A DNA stretch of 64,000 nt from Candidatus Sericytochromatia bacterium (GCA_036676985.1 JAKFBU010000004.1:1-64000); one strand, 5' to 3'. Numbered from the stretch's first letter, positions 18,303 through 28,821 are shown. The notes: generated from the sequence alone by a model not told the origin. A program made the numbers and translations.

Positions 18303-19229
18303 CTAAGGCGCCGGAACGGCCTCCGCCGCCGGCCGCACGGGCGTCCCGTCGTCCGCCCAGAGCAGCACGCCCTCATGCCGCACGAAGAACGCGCCGTTCA
18401 CCCGACGGTGCCCCTGGATCGCGGGCTCCTCCGGCGTGTCCACGGTCTCCACCGCGCGCGGGGCCGCGACGACCTCGGGCTTCGCAGCCGTCTGGACCGC
18501 AGCTTCGCGGTTCGGGAAGATCTGCTGGCTCATGCGCTTGGCCCACTCGCCGCGCACCGGCGTCCCGTCGTCCGCCCACACGAGCTGACCCTCCTGGACC
18601 CGGTAGAAATGATCGTCCACCCGGCGATGCCCCTGGAAGACGTCTCCGACGAGCGGATTGTCCCGGGTGAGCTCGGGATTGGGAGGCGGCATCGCCCCGG
18701 CGCGAACCGGCGCCTGATGGCCATCCGGACGGACCTTGTGCTCGGAGCGCCGCTGCTGGCCAAGGAGCTCGGATGCCTTGATCTGGTGATCGCCATGCTT
18801 CTCGGCGGTCCGGATGCGGTGCCGGTGCTCGGCCTGGCGGGACTGGCGGCTCTGGACCACCTTGGGACGGCGCGGAATCGTGAAGACCTGGCCCGGGTAG
18901 ATGAGGTCCGGGTTGCGGATCTGGTCGCGGTTCGCCTCGTAGATCGAGCGCCACTCGCGGCCCCGGCCCAGGTAGGCGCGGGCGATGAACCAGAGGCAGT
19001 CCCCCTCCTTGACCCGGTAGCGGATCGAGTCGGCCTCGCGTCGGAAGGAGACCTTCTTGACGACGGGCTGCTCGGGAACGACCACCACATGCTGGACATG
19101 CTCGGGCGCGACCGGCTGGGGAGGGGCGACCGGCGTCGGCAAGGAGGCCTCGGCGCCCTGCGGCAGCACGAGACCCGCCAGCAAGGTGGCGGCCACGACC
19201 GGTTGCGTGAGGTTCCTGCGAACGCGCAT
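18303..19229 (-). CDS. Secreted LysM-domain protein with two C-terminal repeats
   Basis: Signal peptide AEA; YRVKEGDCLWFIA...IYEANRDQIRNPDLIYPGQ; GHRRV...WADDGTPVR twice. Confidence 0.9.
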   Translation of the reverse strand: MRVRRNLTQPVVAATLLAGLVLPQGAEASLPTPVAPPQPVAPEHVQHVVVVPEQPVVKKVSFRREADSIRYRVKEGDCLWFIARAYLGRGREWRSIYEANRDQIRNPDLIYPGQVFTIPRRPKVVQSRQSRQAEHRHRIRTAEKHGDHQIKASELLGQQRRSEHKVRPDGHQAPVRAGAMPPPNPELTRDNPLVGDVFQGHRRVDDHFYRVQEGQLVWADDGTPVRGEWAKRMSQQIFPNREAAVQTAAKPEVVAAPRAVETVDTPEEPAIQGHRRVNGAFFVRHEGVLLWADDGTPVRPAAEAVPAP

Positions 19230-19331
19230 CAAGTCTCCCGAAGACGCATGCTCCCCAAGTAGTTTATCGGAGCATGGAGACGATCCTAAAGGTCGTCCGT
19301 CACATCCAAGACTTTACCTCGTTCGATCGAG

Positions 19332-19366
19332 CAAAAGCAAGCCCCTGCCTAGATCAGGGTAGGGGC
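19332..19366 (-). terminator. Intrinsic terminator after histidine kinase
   Basis: gcccctaccc..aggcaggggc followed by ttgctttt on the minus strand. Confidence 0.55.
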
Positions 19367-19430
19367 GGGCGCGTCGTGAAGACGTCGTAACGTCGTCAGG
19401 TTGGGGTCGTGCCGGTCGGACGGCAGGGGG

Positions 19431-22103
19431 CTAACCCACCAACTCCTCTCCGAGGGGCGTTTGGTCGGACTCCTGCCACACGGGCAGCGTGAAGGCGAAG
19501 GTGCTGCCCTGGCCCTCGGTGGTGTCGGCCCAGATCTGCCCGCCATGCAGCTCGACCAGGTGCTTGGAGAGGGACAGCCCGAGCCCCATGCCGCCGAATT
19601 GCCGCGTGGCGCTCGGATCCGCCTGGAAGAAGCTCGTGAACAGCAAGGGCAGCTTCTCGGAGGGGATGCCGATGCCCGTGTCCCGGACCTCGGCGCGGAC
19701 CATGGCCCGGTGGTCCTTCTGGTCCCGGACGACCCGCAGGGAGACGCGGCCGCCGATGGGCGTGAACTTGAGGGCGTTGGTCAGGAGGTGTCCCAGCACC
19801 TGGTAGGCGCGCGAAGGGTCCGCGTCGACGTAGGGCAGGTCCGGCTCGACCTCGCAGTCGAAGGTGAGGCTCTTGGCCTCGGCGAGCTTGACGTAGTGCT
19901 CGCAGGCCTGACGGGCCAGGAGCTCGAAGGAGACGGGCTGGCGATCGAGCACCAGCGTCCCGGTCGCCAGCTGGCTCATGTCGATCATGGTGTTGATCAG
20001 GTCGCGCAGGTGGTAGCCCTCGCTCAACAGCTCGTGCATGAAGCTGCGCTGCTCGTCCGAGAGCTGGGTGCCCAGCTCCTCCTCGAGGATCTCCCCGTAG
20101 CCGAGGATCCCCGACAGCGGGGTGCGCAGCTCGTGCGTGACGTTGGCGAGCAGGTTTCGGCGCACCTGGTCGAGGAGCTGCAGCTTGCGGTTGGCTTCTT
20201 CCAGGTCGTGGGTGCGCGTGGTGACCTCGTGCTCGAGGTTGGCCAGGTAGCTGGCGTTGCGCACGGCCAGGCCCCCCAGGTAGGCCAGGCTGGACGCCAG
20301 ATGGCGGTCGGACTCGTCGAAGCAGCGCTCGCGAGCGGTCCCGACGACGATGAAGCCGATGAGGCGCTCGTCGAGGAAGATGGGGATGAGCAGCAGGGTG
20401 CGGGCTCTCAGGGCCGCCAGGAGCGGGTAGGTCTCGGGCGAGAGCTCCGAGGCGTCGCGGATCTGGATGGGGCCGGGCGAGAGGGTCAGCTGCCGGAAGA
20501 CGTCGTGCCGGGGACGATAGCCATCCAGGGTGGGCAGCTCGGTGCCGGGCGCCATCACCTGGCTCGGGATGACGAGCTCTCCGCTCTGGAGCAACCCGAC
20601 GAAGCCCCGGTCCGCCCCGAGGACTGCCAGGGTCCGGTGCAAGAGCCGGTCGAGCACCGCCGAGATGTCGGGCCGCTGGCGCGAGATGTCCTGGGCGGCC
20701 TCGTAGAGGGTCTCGATCTCCTGGGTGCGGCGCTGCGTCTCCTCCAGGAGGCGCGCGCTGAGGACGGCCGCCGTGATGCGGTCCGTGAGGCTCTTGGCGA
20801 GCGACATGTCGAGGTCGAGGTGTCCGGCCTGGGCCGACAAGAGCCCGAGGGTCCCGATCAGGTGATCGCCGTCCAGGATGGGCACGAACAGGGCGGAGCG
20901 GCCGCCCGTCGCCCGGGCGAGCTCCGGCGCCTCCTTGTCCATGGTGTCCACGTTCATGGGCATGCGCGTCCGCGCGAGGCTGCGGAAGGGCTCCTTCTCT
21001 TGGCTGAGGCAGCCGCCGAGCCGCTGCCGGGTGAGGGTTGGCCACTGCTCGGGGTCGAAGGAGGCGGCGGTCATCCGCTGGCACGGGGTGGGCGCCCGCT
21101 CGCTGAGCGTGACGAGCGAGGCTCCATCCGGCACGAGCATCTCGCGCCAGCAATCGGCGGCTGTCTGCAGGATTTCGTCGAGGTTCTTCGGGCCGCTCAG
21201 CCGGACGGCGATGTTGGCCAGGTGAGCGGCTCGCTCGGCCTGACGCCGCGACTGGGCGATGAGGTTCGCGTGGCTGAGCACCACGGCCGCGAGGCTCGAC
21301 AGGCTCTGGGCCAGGAGCAGATCCCGCTTGTGGAAGGTCCCGTCCGCCACGTCGCGATACACCGACAGGGCCCCCATGGCGCCGTCAGCGGCGAGCAGCG
21401 GCATGTGCAGGGAGGCTTCCTCCGGCCCGTTCACCCAAAGGGGCCGCTGCAGGGCGATGGCCTCGCGCGCATGCGCCTCGGCACCCGGCAGCCAGACGCA
21501 GTCGCCGCTCGCTCCCTCGTCCTTCCGGTAGGACGCCATGCAGCTCAGCTGGCCTTCGCCCGGGCAGACCCAGGCGATGCCGCGGCTCGCCCCGAACGCC
21601 CGGGCGACGTGCGTCAGGACCAGCGTGGGGAGCTGATCGGGGTGCTCCGCACGGGCCGAGTCCCGGGCCAGGCGCATGAGCTCGCCGAGCTCGCGACCCT
21701 GCGCGGCCAGCGTGAGGCGTTGGCGCTCCTGCTTGTCCCAGAGGCGCTCGGAGCAGGTGGCGAGGAGGTGCCGGGCGAAGCGTTCGTAGGCGGCGCACTG
21801 GGCCTGGAGCGGGGCGGGGCTGTCGGAGGGCACCGCGTCGCCCAGCCGGTCCGACAGGCGGGACATGGTATGGAGGAGGGCCGGGGCGGGGATCCCATGG
21901 CGCAGGGCCTCGTCCATGCTGCGCAGGTAGCACGCGATCGCCTCGCCCTCGCCATGGGTCTGCCAGGTCGTGATGCAGGCATCGGCCCGATCGAGGACCC
22001 ACGCGGCGTGAGGGTCCTGGGCCGCATCCGGTTCGGAGGCCCGCAGATCCTGGATGGCGGTGGCGAGGAGTCGGGAGAACTCCGGGTGCGTGATCGGGTT
22101 CAA
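19431..22103 (-). CDS. Cytoplasmic multi-GAF sensor histidine kinase
   Basis: HELRTPL H-box, NALKFT, DTGIGI, GMGLGL; three GAF-like segments; no TM. Confidence 0.92.
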   Translation of the reverse strand: MNPITHPEFSRLLATAIQDLRASEPDAAQDPHAAWVLDRADACITTWQTHGEGEAIACYLRSMDEALRHGIPAPALLHTMSRLSDRLGDAVPSDSPAPLQAQCAAYERFARHLLATCSERLWDKQERQRLTLAAQGRELGELMRLARDSARAEHPDQLPTLVLTHVARAFGASRGIAWVCPGEGQLSCMASYRKDEGASGDCVWLPGAEAHAREAIALQRPLWVNGPEEASLHMPLLAADGAMGALSVYRDVADGTFHKRDLLLAQSLSSLAAVVLSHANLIAQSRRQAERAAHLANIAVRLSGPKNLDEILQTAADCWREMLVPDGASLVTLSERAPTPCQRMTAASFDPEQWPTLTRQRLGGCLSQEKEPFRSLARTRMPMNVDTMDKEAPELARATGGRSALFVPILDGDHLIGTLGLLSAQAGHLDLDMSLAKSLTDRITAAVLSARLLEETQRRTQEIETLYEAAQDISRQRPDISAVLDRLLHRTLAVLGADRGFVGLLQSGELVIPSQVMAPGTELPTLDGYRPRHDVFRQLTLSPGPIQIRDASELSPETYPLLAALRARTLLLIPIFLDERLIGFIVVGTARERCFDESDRHLASSLAYLGGLAVRNASYLANLEHEVTTRTHDLEEANRKLQLLDQVRRNLLANVTHELRTPLSGILGYGEILEEELGTQLSDEQRSFMHELLSEGYHLRDLINTMIDMSQLATGTLVLDRQPVSFELLARQACEHYVKLAEAKSLTFDCEVEPDLPYVDADPSRAYQVLGHLLTNALKFTPIGGRVSLRVVRDQKDHRAMVRAEVRDTGIGIPSEKLPLLFTSFFQADPSATRQFGGMGLGLSLSKHLVELHGGQIWADTTEGQGSTFAFTLPVWQESDQTPLGEELVG

Positions 22104-22229
22104 GTCGCCCCCCCTTCCCTGCGCACCCGGCCCCGAGAGATCGGGTGCGTCGAGGGGGAGTCTATCACGCCCGAAAGGGGCTTTCCAGAAGCAATGACGG
22201 GTTGTCGCGCCCGTCGCTCCCGCCGTGTC

Positions 22230-23132
22230 TCAGGCCTGGAGAGCGGCTTGGCGGTTGAGCGTCATGTCCAGCGAGATATCCAGGCTACCCGCGCTGTGCG
22301 TGAGGGCGCCCACCGAGATGAAGTCGACGCCCGTCTCGGCGATCGCCCGGACCGTCTTCAGGGAGACGCCGCCGGACGCCTCCAGGCGGGCCCGGCCGGC
22401 GACCAGGCGGACGGCCTCGGCCATGGTCTCGGGGGCCATGTTGTCCAGCATGATGATGTCCGCTCCGGCGGCGACGGCCTCCTCCACCATGGCCAGGTTC
22501 TCGGTCTCGACCTCGACGGTGGTGGTCGCCGCCGAGCCCGCTCGGGCACGCCGGACGGCCTCGGTGATGGAGCCCGCCATCTCGATGTGGTTGTCCTTGA
22601 TCATGATGGCGTCCGCGAGCCCGAACCGGTGGTTGCGGGCGCCGCCCACCCGCACCGCGTACTTCTCGAAGAGGCGCAGGCCCGGGGTGGTCTTGCGGGT
22701 GTCCAGGATCTGGGCGCGGGTGCCCTGGACCGCGGCCACGTAGGCGGCCGCCAGCGTCGCGGTGGCGCTCAGGCGCTGCATGAAGTTGAGGGCGACCCGC
22801 TCGCCCGATAGGATGGCCCGGGCGTCGCCCGTGACGGTCGCCGCGACCGTGCCGGCTGCGACCTGGGCGCCTTCGGGGACGTGCGTCGTGACCTGCAGGC
22901 CGGGATCGATGAGGTGCCAGAGCCGCTGCATGATGGGGAGGCCGGCGACCACGCCCGACGCCTTGTAGAGGAACTCGGCGCGCGCCTGGATGCCTTCCTG
23001 GACGACCGTCTGGGTGGTGAGATCCCCCCAGGCCCAGTCCTCTTGCAAGGCGGCCGTGAGGATGGGGTCGAGGACTAGCGGGTGGAGGACGCCTCCAGCA
23101 CCTGGAGAGACTGCGTGAAGTGCTTCAGCCAA
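22230..23132 (-). CDS. nadC: Nicotinate-nucleotide diphosphorylase (start uncertain)
   Basis: DTRKTTPGLR, NHRFGL, IKDNH, IMLDN, EASGG, ISVGALTH. Confidence 0.95.
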   Translation of the reverse strand: MAEALHAVSPGAGGVLHPLVLDPILTAALQEDWAWGDLTTQTVVQEGIQARAEFLYKASGVVAGLPIMQRLWHLIDPGLQVTTHVPEGAQVAAGTVAATVTGDARAILSGERVALNFMQRLSATATLAAAYVAAVQGTRAQILDTRKTTPGLRLFEKYAVRVGGARNHRFGLADAIMIKDNHIEMAGSITEAVRRARAGSAATTTVEVETENLAMVEEAVAAGADIIMLDNMAPETMAEAVRLVAGRARLEASGGVSLKTVRAIAETGVDFISVGALTHSAGSLDISLDMTLNRQAALQA

Positions 23133-24679
23133 CGGTTGTCATCCTTTTCGGGGTAGTCGGTGCGATAGTGGGTGCCACGGCTCTCCTCGCGCCACAGGGC
23201 GGCGCGACAGACCAGCTCGCCGACCTGCAGGAGGTTGCGCAGCTCCCACAGCTCGCGGGTGCAGACCTGGAGGGCCGTCTCCTCGACGAGCACGCGCCAC
23301 GCCGTGACCCGCTGCAGGGCCTGATCGAGCCCCTGCGCGTTGCGCAACAGGCCCGCTTGCTGCCACATCTCGTCCTGGAAGTCCCCGCGCAGGCCGGCCA
23401 CGTCGACGGCAGGCTCGCCGACCGGCGGGAACATGGCCACGATCGGGCCCTGCGGCGCGCCCGGCGCGGTCGGCAGGTCCTTGCCGATGGCCAGGGAGGC
23501 GCGGCGGCCGAAGACGACGGCCTCCAGCAGGGAGTTGCTCGCGAGGCGGTTGGCGCCGTGGACGCCGGTGCTCGCGACCTCGCCCACCGCGTACAGGCCG
23601 GGCACGGTGGTGCGGCCCTCGAGGTCGGTGCGCGCCCCGCCGATGAAGTAGTGGGCGGCGGGCGCCACCGGGAGCATGTCCTCGGGCGGGTTGACGCCGT
23701 GGCGGCGGCAGAAGTCGACGATGGTCGGGAAGCGCTGCTCGACGAGCTCCTTGGGCAGGTGCCGCAAGTCCAGCCAAACGAAGTCGCGGCCGTCCTTGGT
23801 CATCTCGGCGGCGATCGCCCGGGCCACCACGTCGCGCGGGGCGAGCTCCTTGTCCGGGTGGTAGCGCTCCATGAAGGCCTCGCCCGCCAAATTACGTAAA
23901 ATAGCGCCCTCGCCGCGCACGGCCTCCGACACCAGGAAGGTCTCGACGCCCGGCAGCGTGAGGGCCGTCGGGTGGAACTGCATGAACTCCATGTCGGAGA
24001 TCTCGGCGCCCGCCCGGTAGGCGAGGGCGATGCCGTCGCCGGTGGCCGTCTCGGGGTTGGTGCTGTGGCTCCAGGCCTGGCCGACGCCGCCTGCTGCGAG
24101 CACCGTCGCGCGGGCCGTCAGGTAGCGGATGGAGCGATCGGCGGTCATGACGACGGCCCCGTGGCAGCGGCCGTCCTGGACCACCAGGTCGAGCACGAAG
24201 GCATGCTCGATGGTCTCGATGGCGGTATGGGCCCGCAGGCGCTCGACGAGGGCCCGCTCGATCTCGAAGCCGGTGGCGTCCCCGAGGGCATGCACCACCC
24301 GGCGCCGGGAGTGGGCGGCCTCCAGCGTGGTGGCCAGATCTCCCTCGTCCGTGCGGTCGAAGCGCACGCCGGCCGAGACGAGCGCCTTGAGCTGTTCGGG
24401 GCCTTCGGTCGTGAGCACCCGGACGGGCTCGGGATCGCAGAGCCCGGCGCCCGCCACCAGGGTGTCCTGGTAGTGCAGCTCGGGCGAGTCGTCGGCGGCG
24501 ATGGCCGCGGCGATGCCCCCCTGCGCGTAGCGGGTGTTGCAGTCCATGAGGTTCTGCTTGGTGACGAGCACGACCCGGTGGCCGTGGTCGGCCATGGTCA
24601 GGGCCGTCCACAGGCCGCTGATCCCGCTGCCGATGACCAGCACCGGGAGCGACGGGGTCGGACGGGGGGGAGTTTCCAT
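23075..24679 (-). CDS. nadB: L-aspartate oxidase
   Basis: AQGGIAA, QFHPT, SEAVRGEG, ELAPRDVV, GVHGANRLASNSLLE; adjacent to nadC. Confidence 0.95.
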   Translation of the reverse strand: METPPRPTPSLPVLVIGSGISGLWTALTMADHGHRVVLVTKQNLMDCNTRYAQGGIAAAIAADDSPELHYQDTLVAGAGLCDPEPVRVLTTEGPEQLKALVSAGVRFDRTDEGDLATTLEAAHSRRRVVHALGDATGFEIERALVERLRAHTAIETIEHAFVLDLVVQDGRCHGAVVMTADRSIRYLTARATVLAAGGVGQAWSHSTNPETATGDGIALAYRAGAEISDMEFMQFHPTALTLPGVETFLVSEAVRGEGAILRNLAGEAFMERYHPDKELAPRDVVARAIAAEMTKDGRDFVWLDLRHLPKELVEQRFPTIVDFCRRHGVNPPEDMLPVAPAAHYFIGGARTDLEGRTTVPGLYAVGEVASTGVHGANRLASNSLLEAVVFGRRASLAIGKDLPTAPGAPQGPIVAMFPPVGEPAVDVAGLRGDFQDEMWQQAGLLRNAQGLDQALQRVTAWRVLVEETALQVCTRELWELRNLLQVGELVCRAALWREESRGTHYRTDYPEKDDNRWLKHFTQSLQVLEASSTR

Positions 24680-24876
24680 GGGCGGGGGTCCTCGACACAG
24701 GCTTGGAGCCGACCGATCCGGCTCTGCGTGGAAAGTGGAATTATACCATGGGCGCCCCTTCGAGCCGCTTGTGGTCCGGGTTCGCGCCCCTGGGCCCGCG
24801 AGCGCCCCACGGGAGGGTGGTGACGTTTGGGGTGGCAGGCATTAGGATGGAAAAGGATGGTGAGAGGAGGCAGCGC

Positions 24877-25095
24877 ATGCAGGTGGAGCTCGAACCGGAG
24901 CGCCAGGCCACGGAGTTCGCGCCGATCGAGTGCGACTACCTGGACGGCGAGAACGTCGGCTGGGCCAAGCGCTACGTCGCGGACTGCCAGAGCCGCCTGG
25001 AGGCGGCCGATGCGGACGACCCGATCTACGCCCAGTACCTCCGGACCGAGATCGCGACCTGGGAGGAGCTCCTGGCGCGCTTCGGCAAGCGCTGA
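24877..25095 (+). CDS. Small hypothetical protein
   Basis: RBS gaggagg before MQVEL; host-like codon usage. Confidence 0.65.
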   Translation: MQVELEPERQATEFAPIECDYLDGENVGWAKRYVADCQSRLEAADADDPIYAQYLRTEIATWEELLARFGKR

Positions 25096-25163
25096 TCGCC
25101 TTGTCCGTTGACCCGCTCTCGGCGGCGTGCTATGACGGCCGAAGCGGGTCGGGAGGTGTCGGG

Positions 25164-25649
25164 ATGCGTGGGTGGCGTGCGGGACTGCTGGCGTGTTGCC
25201 TGGTACTCGGGATGGCCGCGGCGGCCCGCGCCCAGGCCCCCTACGCGGGCTCGGCACGCGTCACGCCCTTCCTGGTCTCGGCGCATGTGCAGCTCGCCCT
25301 CAACCACCTGCGCGCGGCCGAGGACCTCCTCCTCCTGGAGCAGGACCGCCGCGAGACGGTGACCGGGGATCTGAGGCCCGTGCGGCAGGCCCTCGCCGAC
25401 GCCTCGGACGAGCTGGCGCTCGCGCGCATGGCCACGGCCGACCCCGACCAGATTCAAGCCCTCGACGCCATGCTCGCGGAAATCGACGGCGTGCGCGACC
25501 TCTTGGAGCGTCGGGTCCTGGGGGCCCCCCGCGCCATGCGCCGTCTCGAGCAGGCCATGCTCGGCCTGCACCGGACCGCCCGCAGCCAGATCACCCAGCG
25601 CGAAGAGGCCCTCCTGCGGGAGGACGCCGCCCGCCCGGCGGTCCGCTAG
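25164..25649 (+). CDS. Secreted helical hypothetical protein
   Basis: RBS ggaggt; signal peptide ending ARA. Confidence 0.7.
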   Translation: MRGWRAGLLACCLVLGMAAAARAQAPYAGSARVTPFLVSAHVQLALNHLRAAEDLLLLEQDRRETVTGDLRPVRQALADASDELALARMATADPDQIQALDAMLAEIDGVRDLLERRVLGAPRAMRRLEQAMLGLHRTARSQITQREEALLREDAARPAVR

Positions 25650-26791
25650 CCGACGTCCGCCCCCGCCAAGAGGGCGGCGAACACCTCGTTCGACAGCCAG
25701 ATCCCCCGCGGCGTCAGCCGCAAGCGCTCCGCGGCGTTCTCGACCAGGCCGGCCTGGACCATGCGCTCGAGGGCGCCCGCGAAGACCTCCTCGGGCGCTT
25801 GGCCGAAGCGCTCCTTGAAGCGCGCCTTGTCGAGGCCCTCCTGGGTCATGCGCAGGGCGAGGAAGGCCGTTTCCTCGCGCTCGGTCTCGAACGCGAGCGG
25901 CTCGTGGGCGGGCCAGGTGGGTGCGGGGTGCCGGAGGTACTCCACGATGCCGCGCGGGTTCTCGTAGCGACGGCCCTGCCAGTAGGAGTGGGCCCCGGTG
26001 CCGAGCCCGATGTAGGGCTCGTTGCGCCAGTAGATCCGGTTGTGCAGGGCCTGGTGCCCGGGCTTCGCCCAGCTCGAGATCTCGTAGCGCTCGTAGCCGG
26101 CGGCCTCCATGCGCGCGACCACGCGATCGCCCATGGCGACCTCCAGGTCCTCGGGGGCGAGGTCGAGGCGTCCCTTGCGGTGCCAGGCGCCGAAGACGGT
26201 CTGCTCCTCGAGGATGAGGCCGTAGACCGAGTAGTGCTCGGGACCGAGCGCGAGGGCCGCGTCGAGGGTCGCCTCCCACTGGGCCATGGTCTGACCGGGC
26301 AGCGCGTAGATGAGGTCCAGGCTGAGGCTGTCGTGGCCCGCCTGGCGCATGGCCGCGAAGGTCCGGTAGACGTCCGCCACCGCGTGGTCGCGGCCGATGG
26401 CCCGCAAGAGGGCGTCGTCGAAGCTCTGCACCCCGAGGCTGAGCCGCGTGAAGCCCAGCTCGCGCGCCGCGCGCCAGAGGTCGTGGCCGCCCGTGCCGGG
26501 GTTCACCTCCATGCTCCGCTCGCTGTCGGGAGCCACCGCGAAGTGCCCCTCGATGGCGCGGATGAGGCGTTCGAGCTGCGGGGCCGACAGGATCGACGGG
26601 GTGCCGCCGCCGAGGTAGATCGTGCGGACGGGCAGGCCCGCGGGGTAGGCCCTGAGCTCGTGCTCGAGGGCCTCCAGGTAGGCCTCCAGGTGCCGCTCCT
26701 GGCCCGCGTAGCAGGCAAAGTCGCAGTAGTAGCACTTCTTGAGGCAGAAGGGGATGTGGACGTAAAGTCCCACGGGCGGTTCGGCGGTCAT
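25646..26791 (-). CDS. hemW: Radical SAM heme chaperone HemW (HemN-like)
   Basis: LYVHIPFCLKKCYYCDF, GGGTPS, YEIS, HNRIYW. Confidence 0.9.
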   Translation of the reverse strand: MTAEPPVGLYVHIPFCLKKCYYCDFACYAGQERHLEAYLEALEHELRAYPAGLPVRTIYLGGGTPSILSAPQLERLIRAIEGHFAVAPDSERSMEVNPGTGGHDLWRAARELGFTRLSLGVQSFDDALLRAIGRDHAVADVYRTFAAMRQAGHDSLSLDLIYALPGQTMAQWEATLDAALALGPEHYSVYGLILEEQTVFGAWHRKGRLDLAPEDLEVAMGDRVVARMEAAGYERYEISSWAKPGHQALHNRIYWRNEPYIGLGTGAHSYWQGRRYENPRGIVEYLRHPAPTWPAHEPLAFETEREETAFLALRMTQEGLDKARFKERFGQAPEEVFAGALERMVQAGLVENAAERLRLTPRGIWLSNEVFAALLAGADVG

Positions 26792-26811
26792 GCCGCCATG
26801 TTACCGCGACT

Positions 26812-27345
26812 TCAGCTGCGATGAAACTCGCGGCTCAGGAGCCCCATGGCCAGGAAGTCGTGGAAGCGTCCGCCGTAGAAGCGGTGCTCGCGGAGCCGCC
26901 CCTCCTCGACGAAGCCCAGCTTGCGGTAGACGGCGATCGCGGGCGCGTTGTCCCCGTGGACGTAGAGGCGGGCCTTGTGGAGGCCCAGCTCGTCGAAGAG
27001 GTAGGTCAGGAGGGTGCGGAGGGCATCGGTGCCGAGGCCGCGGCCGCGGCTGGCGGCGTCGCCCAGGTACAGGCCGACGGTCGCCTGGCGATCGCCCGCC
27101 TCGTACGTCCCGTACCAGCAGGTCCCCACCAGGGAGTCGCCGCCGTCGAGCGCGAAGGTCCGGCCCTCCTGGGGGCCCGTCTTCTCGAGCTCGCCTTCGA
27201 ACCAGCTCTCGAGCTCCTCGAAGCCGGAGATCCGCTTGCGGGAGCCGATCAGGGTCCAGAGGTCGGGGTCGTTCCACCATGCGAAGAGCGCCTCGAGGTC
27301 GTCGCGCTCGAGCGCGCGCAACCGGACGTGGGCTCCGTGGATCAT
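26812..27345 (-). CDS. RimJ/RimL-like GNAT N-acetyltransferase
   Basis: RGRGLGT, NAPAIAVYRKLGFVEEGRLR. Confidence 0.9.
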   Translation of the reverse strand: MIHGAHVRLRALERDDLEALFAWWNDPDLWTLIGSRKRISGFEELESWFEGELEKTGPQEGRTFALDGGDSLVGTCWYGTYEAGDRQATVGLYLGDAASRGRGLGTDALRTLLTYLFDELGLHKARLYVHGDNAPAIAVYRKLGFVEEGRLREHRFYGGRFHDFLAMGLLSREFHRS

Positions 27346-27352
27346 GGGGGCG

Positions 27353-27856
27353 TTAGCCGATGGTGTAGCCGAGGGTCTTGGCGCTGGAGAGGACCAACGA
27401 ACGCATCTCGGGCTGCTTGGCGGTGACCTTGACGGCCTTGACGAGCGCGCTGACGGCCTCGTCGAGGCAGCCCTCGCTGTGGGCGACGGCCGCGATCTTG
27501 ATCAGGCTCGGGGCGTCGATGGCGCTGGCCACCGCCCGCTGGAGGCTCGAGACCACCTTGGGGCGGTTGCCCTCGAGGGCGAACATGCCCACCTTGTCGA
27601 GGTGGCGGAAGGTGAAGGTCGGGAAGGGGGCGCGCACGATGCTCGCGGGCATCATGTAGGTCACGCCCCGGTAGAACAGGGGCTGCAGCTCGACCTCGGC
27701 GGTCGGCGCCTCGGTCTCGGCGGCCGTGGAGACCGTCAGGACCAAGGGGGCGGTGCCCGGTTTCGGAAGCTCCTTGACGACCGGCTCGGAGACCCGGATC
27801 GACACGTCAACGGCCTTGGGCTGCTTCGTCTTCTTGGCAGTCGTGGTCATGGCCAT
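27353..27856 (-). CDS. Hypothetical protein
   Basis: RBS gaggagg before MAMTT; host-like codon usage. Confidence 0.7.
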   Translation of the reverse strand: MAMTTTAKKTKQPKAVDVSIRVSEPVVKELPKPGTAPLVLTVSTAAETEAPTAEVELQPLFYRGVTYMMPASIVRAPFPTFTFRHLDKVGMFALEGNRPKVVSSLQRAVASAIDAPSLIKIAAVAHSEGCLDEAVSALVKAVKVTAKQPEMRSLVLSSAKTLGYTIG

Positions 27857-27982
27857 GGGAACCTCCTCACGGAAAAGCCGCAGGCGCTTGGTGCGGGGCA
27901 CGGACGTCGGCCCGACCGGCAGGCGGTGGACCAAGGGGTCTTATACCCAAAAAGCAACCGTTTCTGGAGGGTTGTCCGATTC

Positions 27983-28612
27983 TTAACCGGGAAAGTGCTT
28001 CGACAGCTCCTCGACCTGCTCCGCGGTCATCTTGAGGTGCACGCCGTCCGCCTCGACCCGATCGATCCAGCCGAGGGGGACCTCCACGTCGCGCTTGAAC
28101 AGGAAGCCCCGCGCGACCACGAACCCCAGGGCCTTGTCCGTGTCGGGATCCATGACCACGTCGGCCACGTTGCCGCACTCGCGATCGGAGCAGAACACCC
28201 GGTCGCCCTTGGTGACGACGGCATCGTCCGGAGGGACGTTGACGTGCTCGACCAGCATCGGGCCGGGCGTGTGGAACGGGGCGAACGCCTTGGCGGCGTC
28301 GCTGGGCCAGAGGATGTCCGCATGGTGCAGCTCGCCGGGCGGGGTCCAGTCCTCGGACGGCAGGAAGAAGTCGACCTCCGAGTAGGGCGGGGCCGCGGCC
28401 AGGGCCTCGCACGTGAGCCGCACGTGGATCCAGTCGTAGTGCGCCTCGGCGATCAGCGAGGCTGGGATCACCTTGAGGTCGCCGTCCGTGGTGTGGATGA
28501 CCAGGTGCGTCACCTGGCGGTGCTGCGGATCGATGACGACCCGCTCGAGGTGGCCGCACTCGGCGTCGTCGCACTTGATCGCAGCCTTCATGCGGATGCG
28601 CGCTGCTTCCAT
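27983..28612 (-). CDS. Tandem PRC-barrel domain protein
   Basis: Two repeats of x-D-x-ECG-x-[LV]xxVVxDP; DVEVPLGWIDRVEADGVHL. Confidence 0.85.
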   Translation of the reverse strand: MEAARIRMKAAIKCDDAECGHLERVVIDPQHRQVTHLVIHTTDGDLKVIPASLIAEAHYDWIHVRLTCEALAAAPPYSEVDFFLPSEDWTPPGELHHADILWPSDAAKAFAPFHTPGPMLVEHVNVPPDDAVVTKGDRVFCSDRECGNVADVVMDPDTDKALGFVVARGFLFKRDVEVPLGWIDRVEADGVHLKMTAEQVEELSKHFPG

Positions 28613-28821
28613 CGCTCTCCCTCCGATCGATGAGCCTCATGGCGGCGGGCATGGATGCCGACCGCAACATATTGTAACAAAACGCCGATCCGCCCTCCCC
28701 TCCAGTGGCACCCGAACGTGCGTTGACACCCAGGAGGGCCGTGGGATACAGTCGGGGGCAAACGTTCATAAATCTTTACAAAGAACTTTGGCATGGTGGG
28801 AATGGTGAAGGAGGAATCGGT

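Noticed and set aside
19401-22811. Long antisense ORFs (also 42771-45695, 59417-61864, 61961-63982, 13527-15080 and others)
   Set aside because: Shadow frames of real genes in high-GC DNA; no motifs
22230-24679. nadB-nadC without nadA
   Set aside because: Split nad loci are common; nadA may be elsewhere
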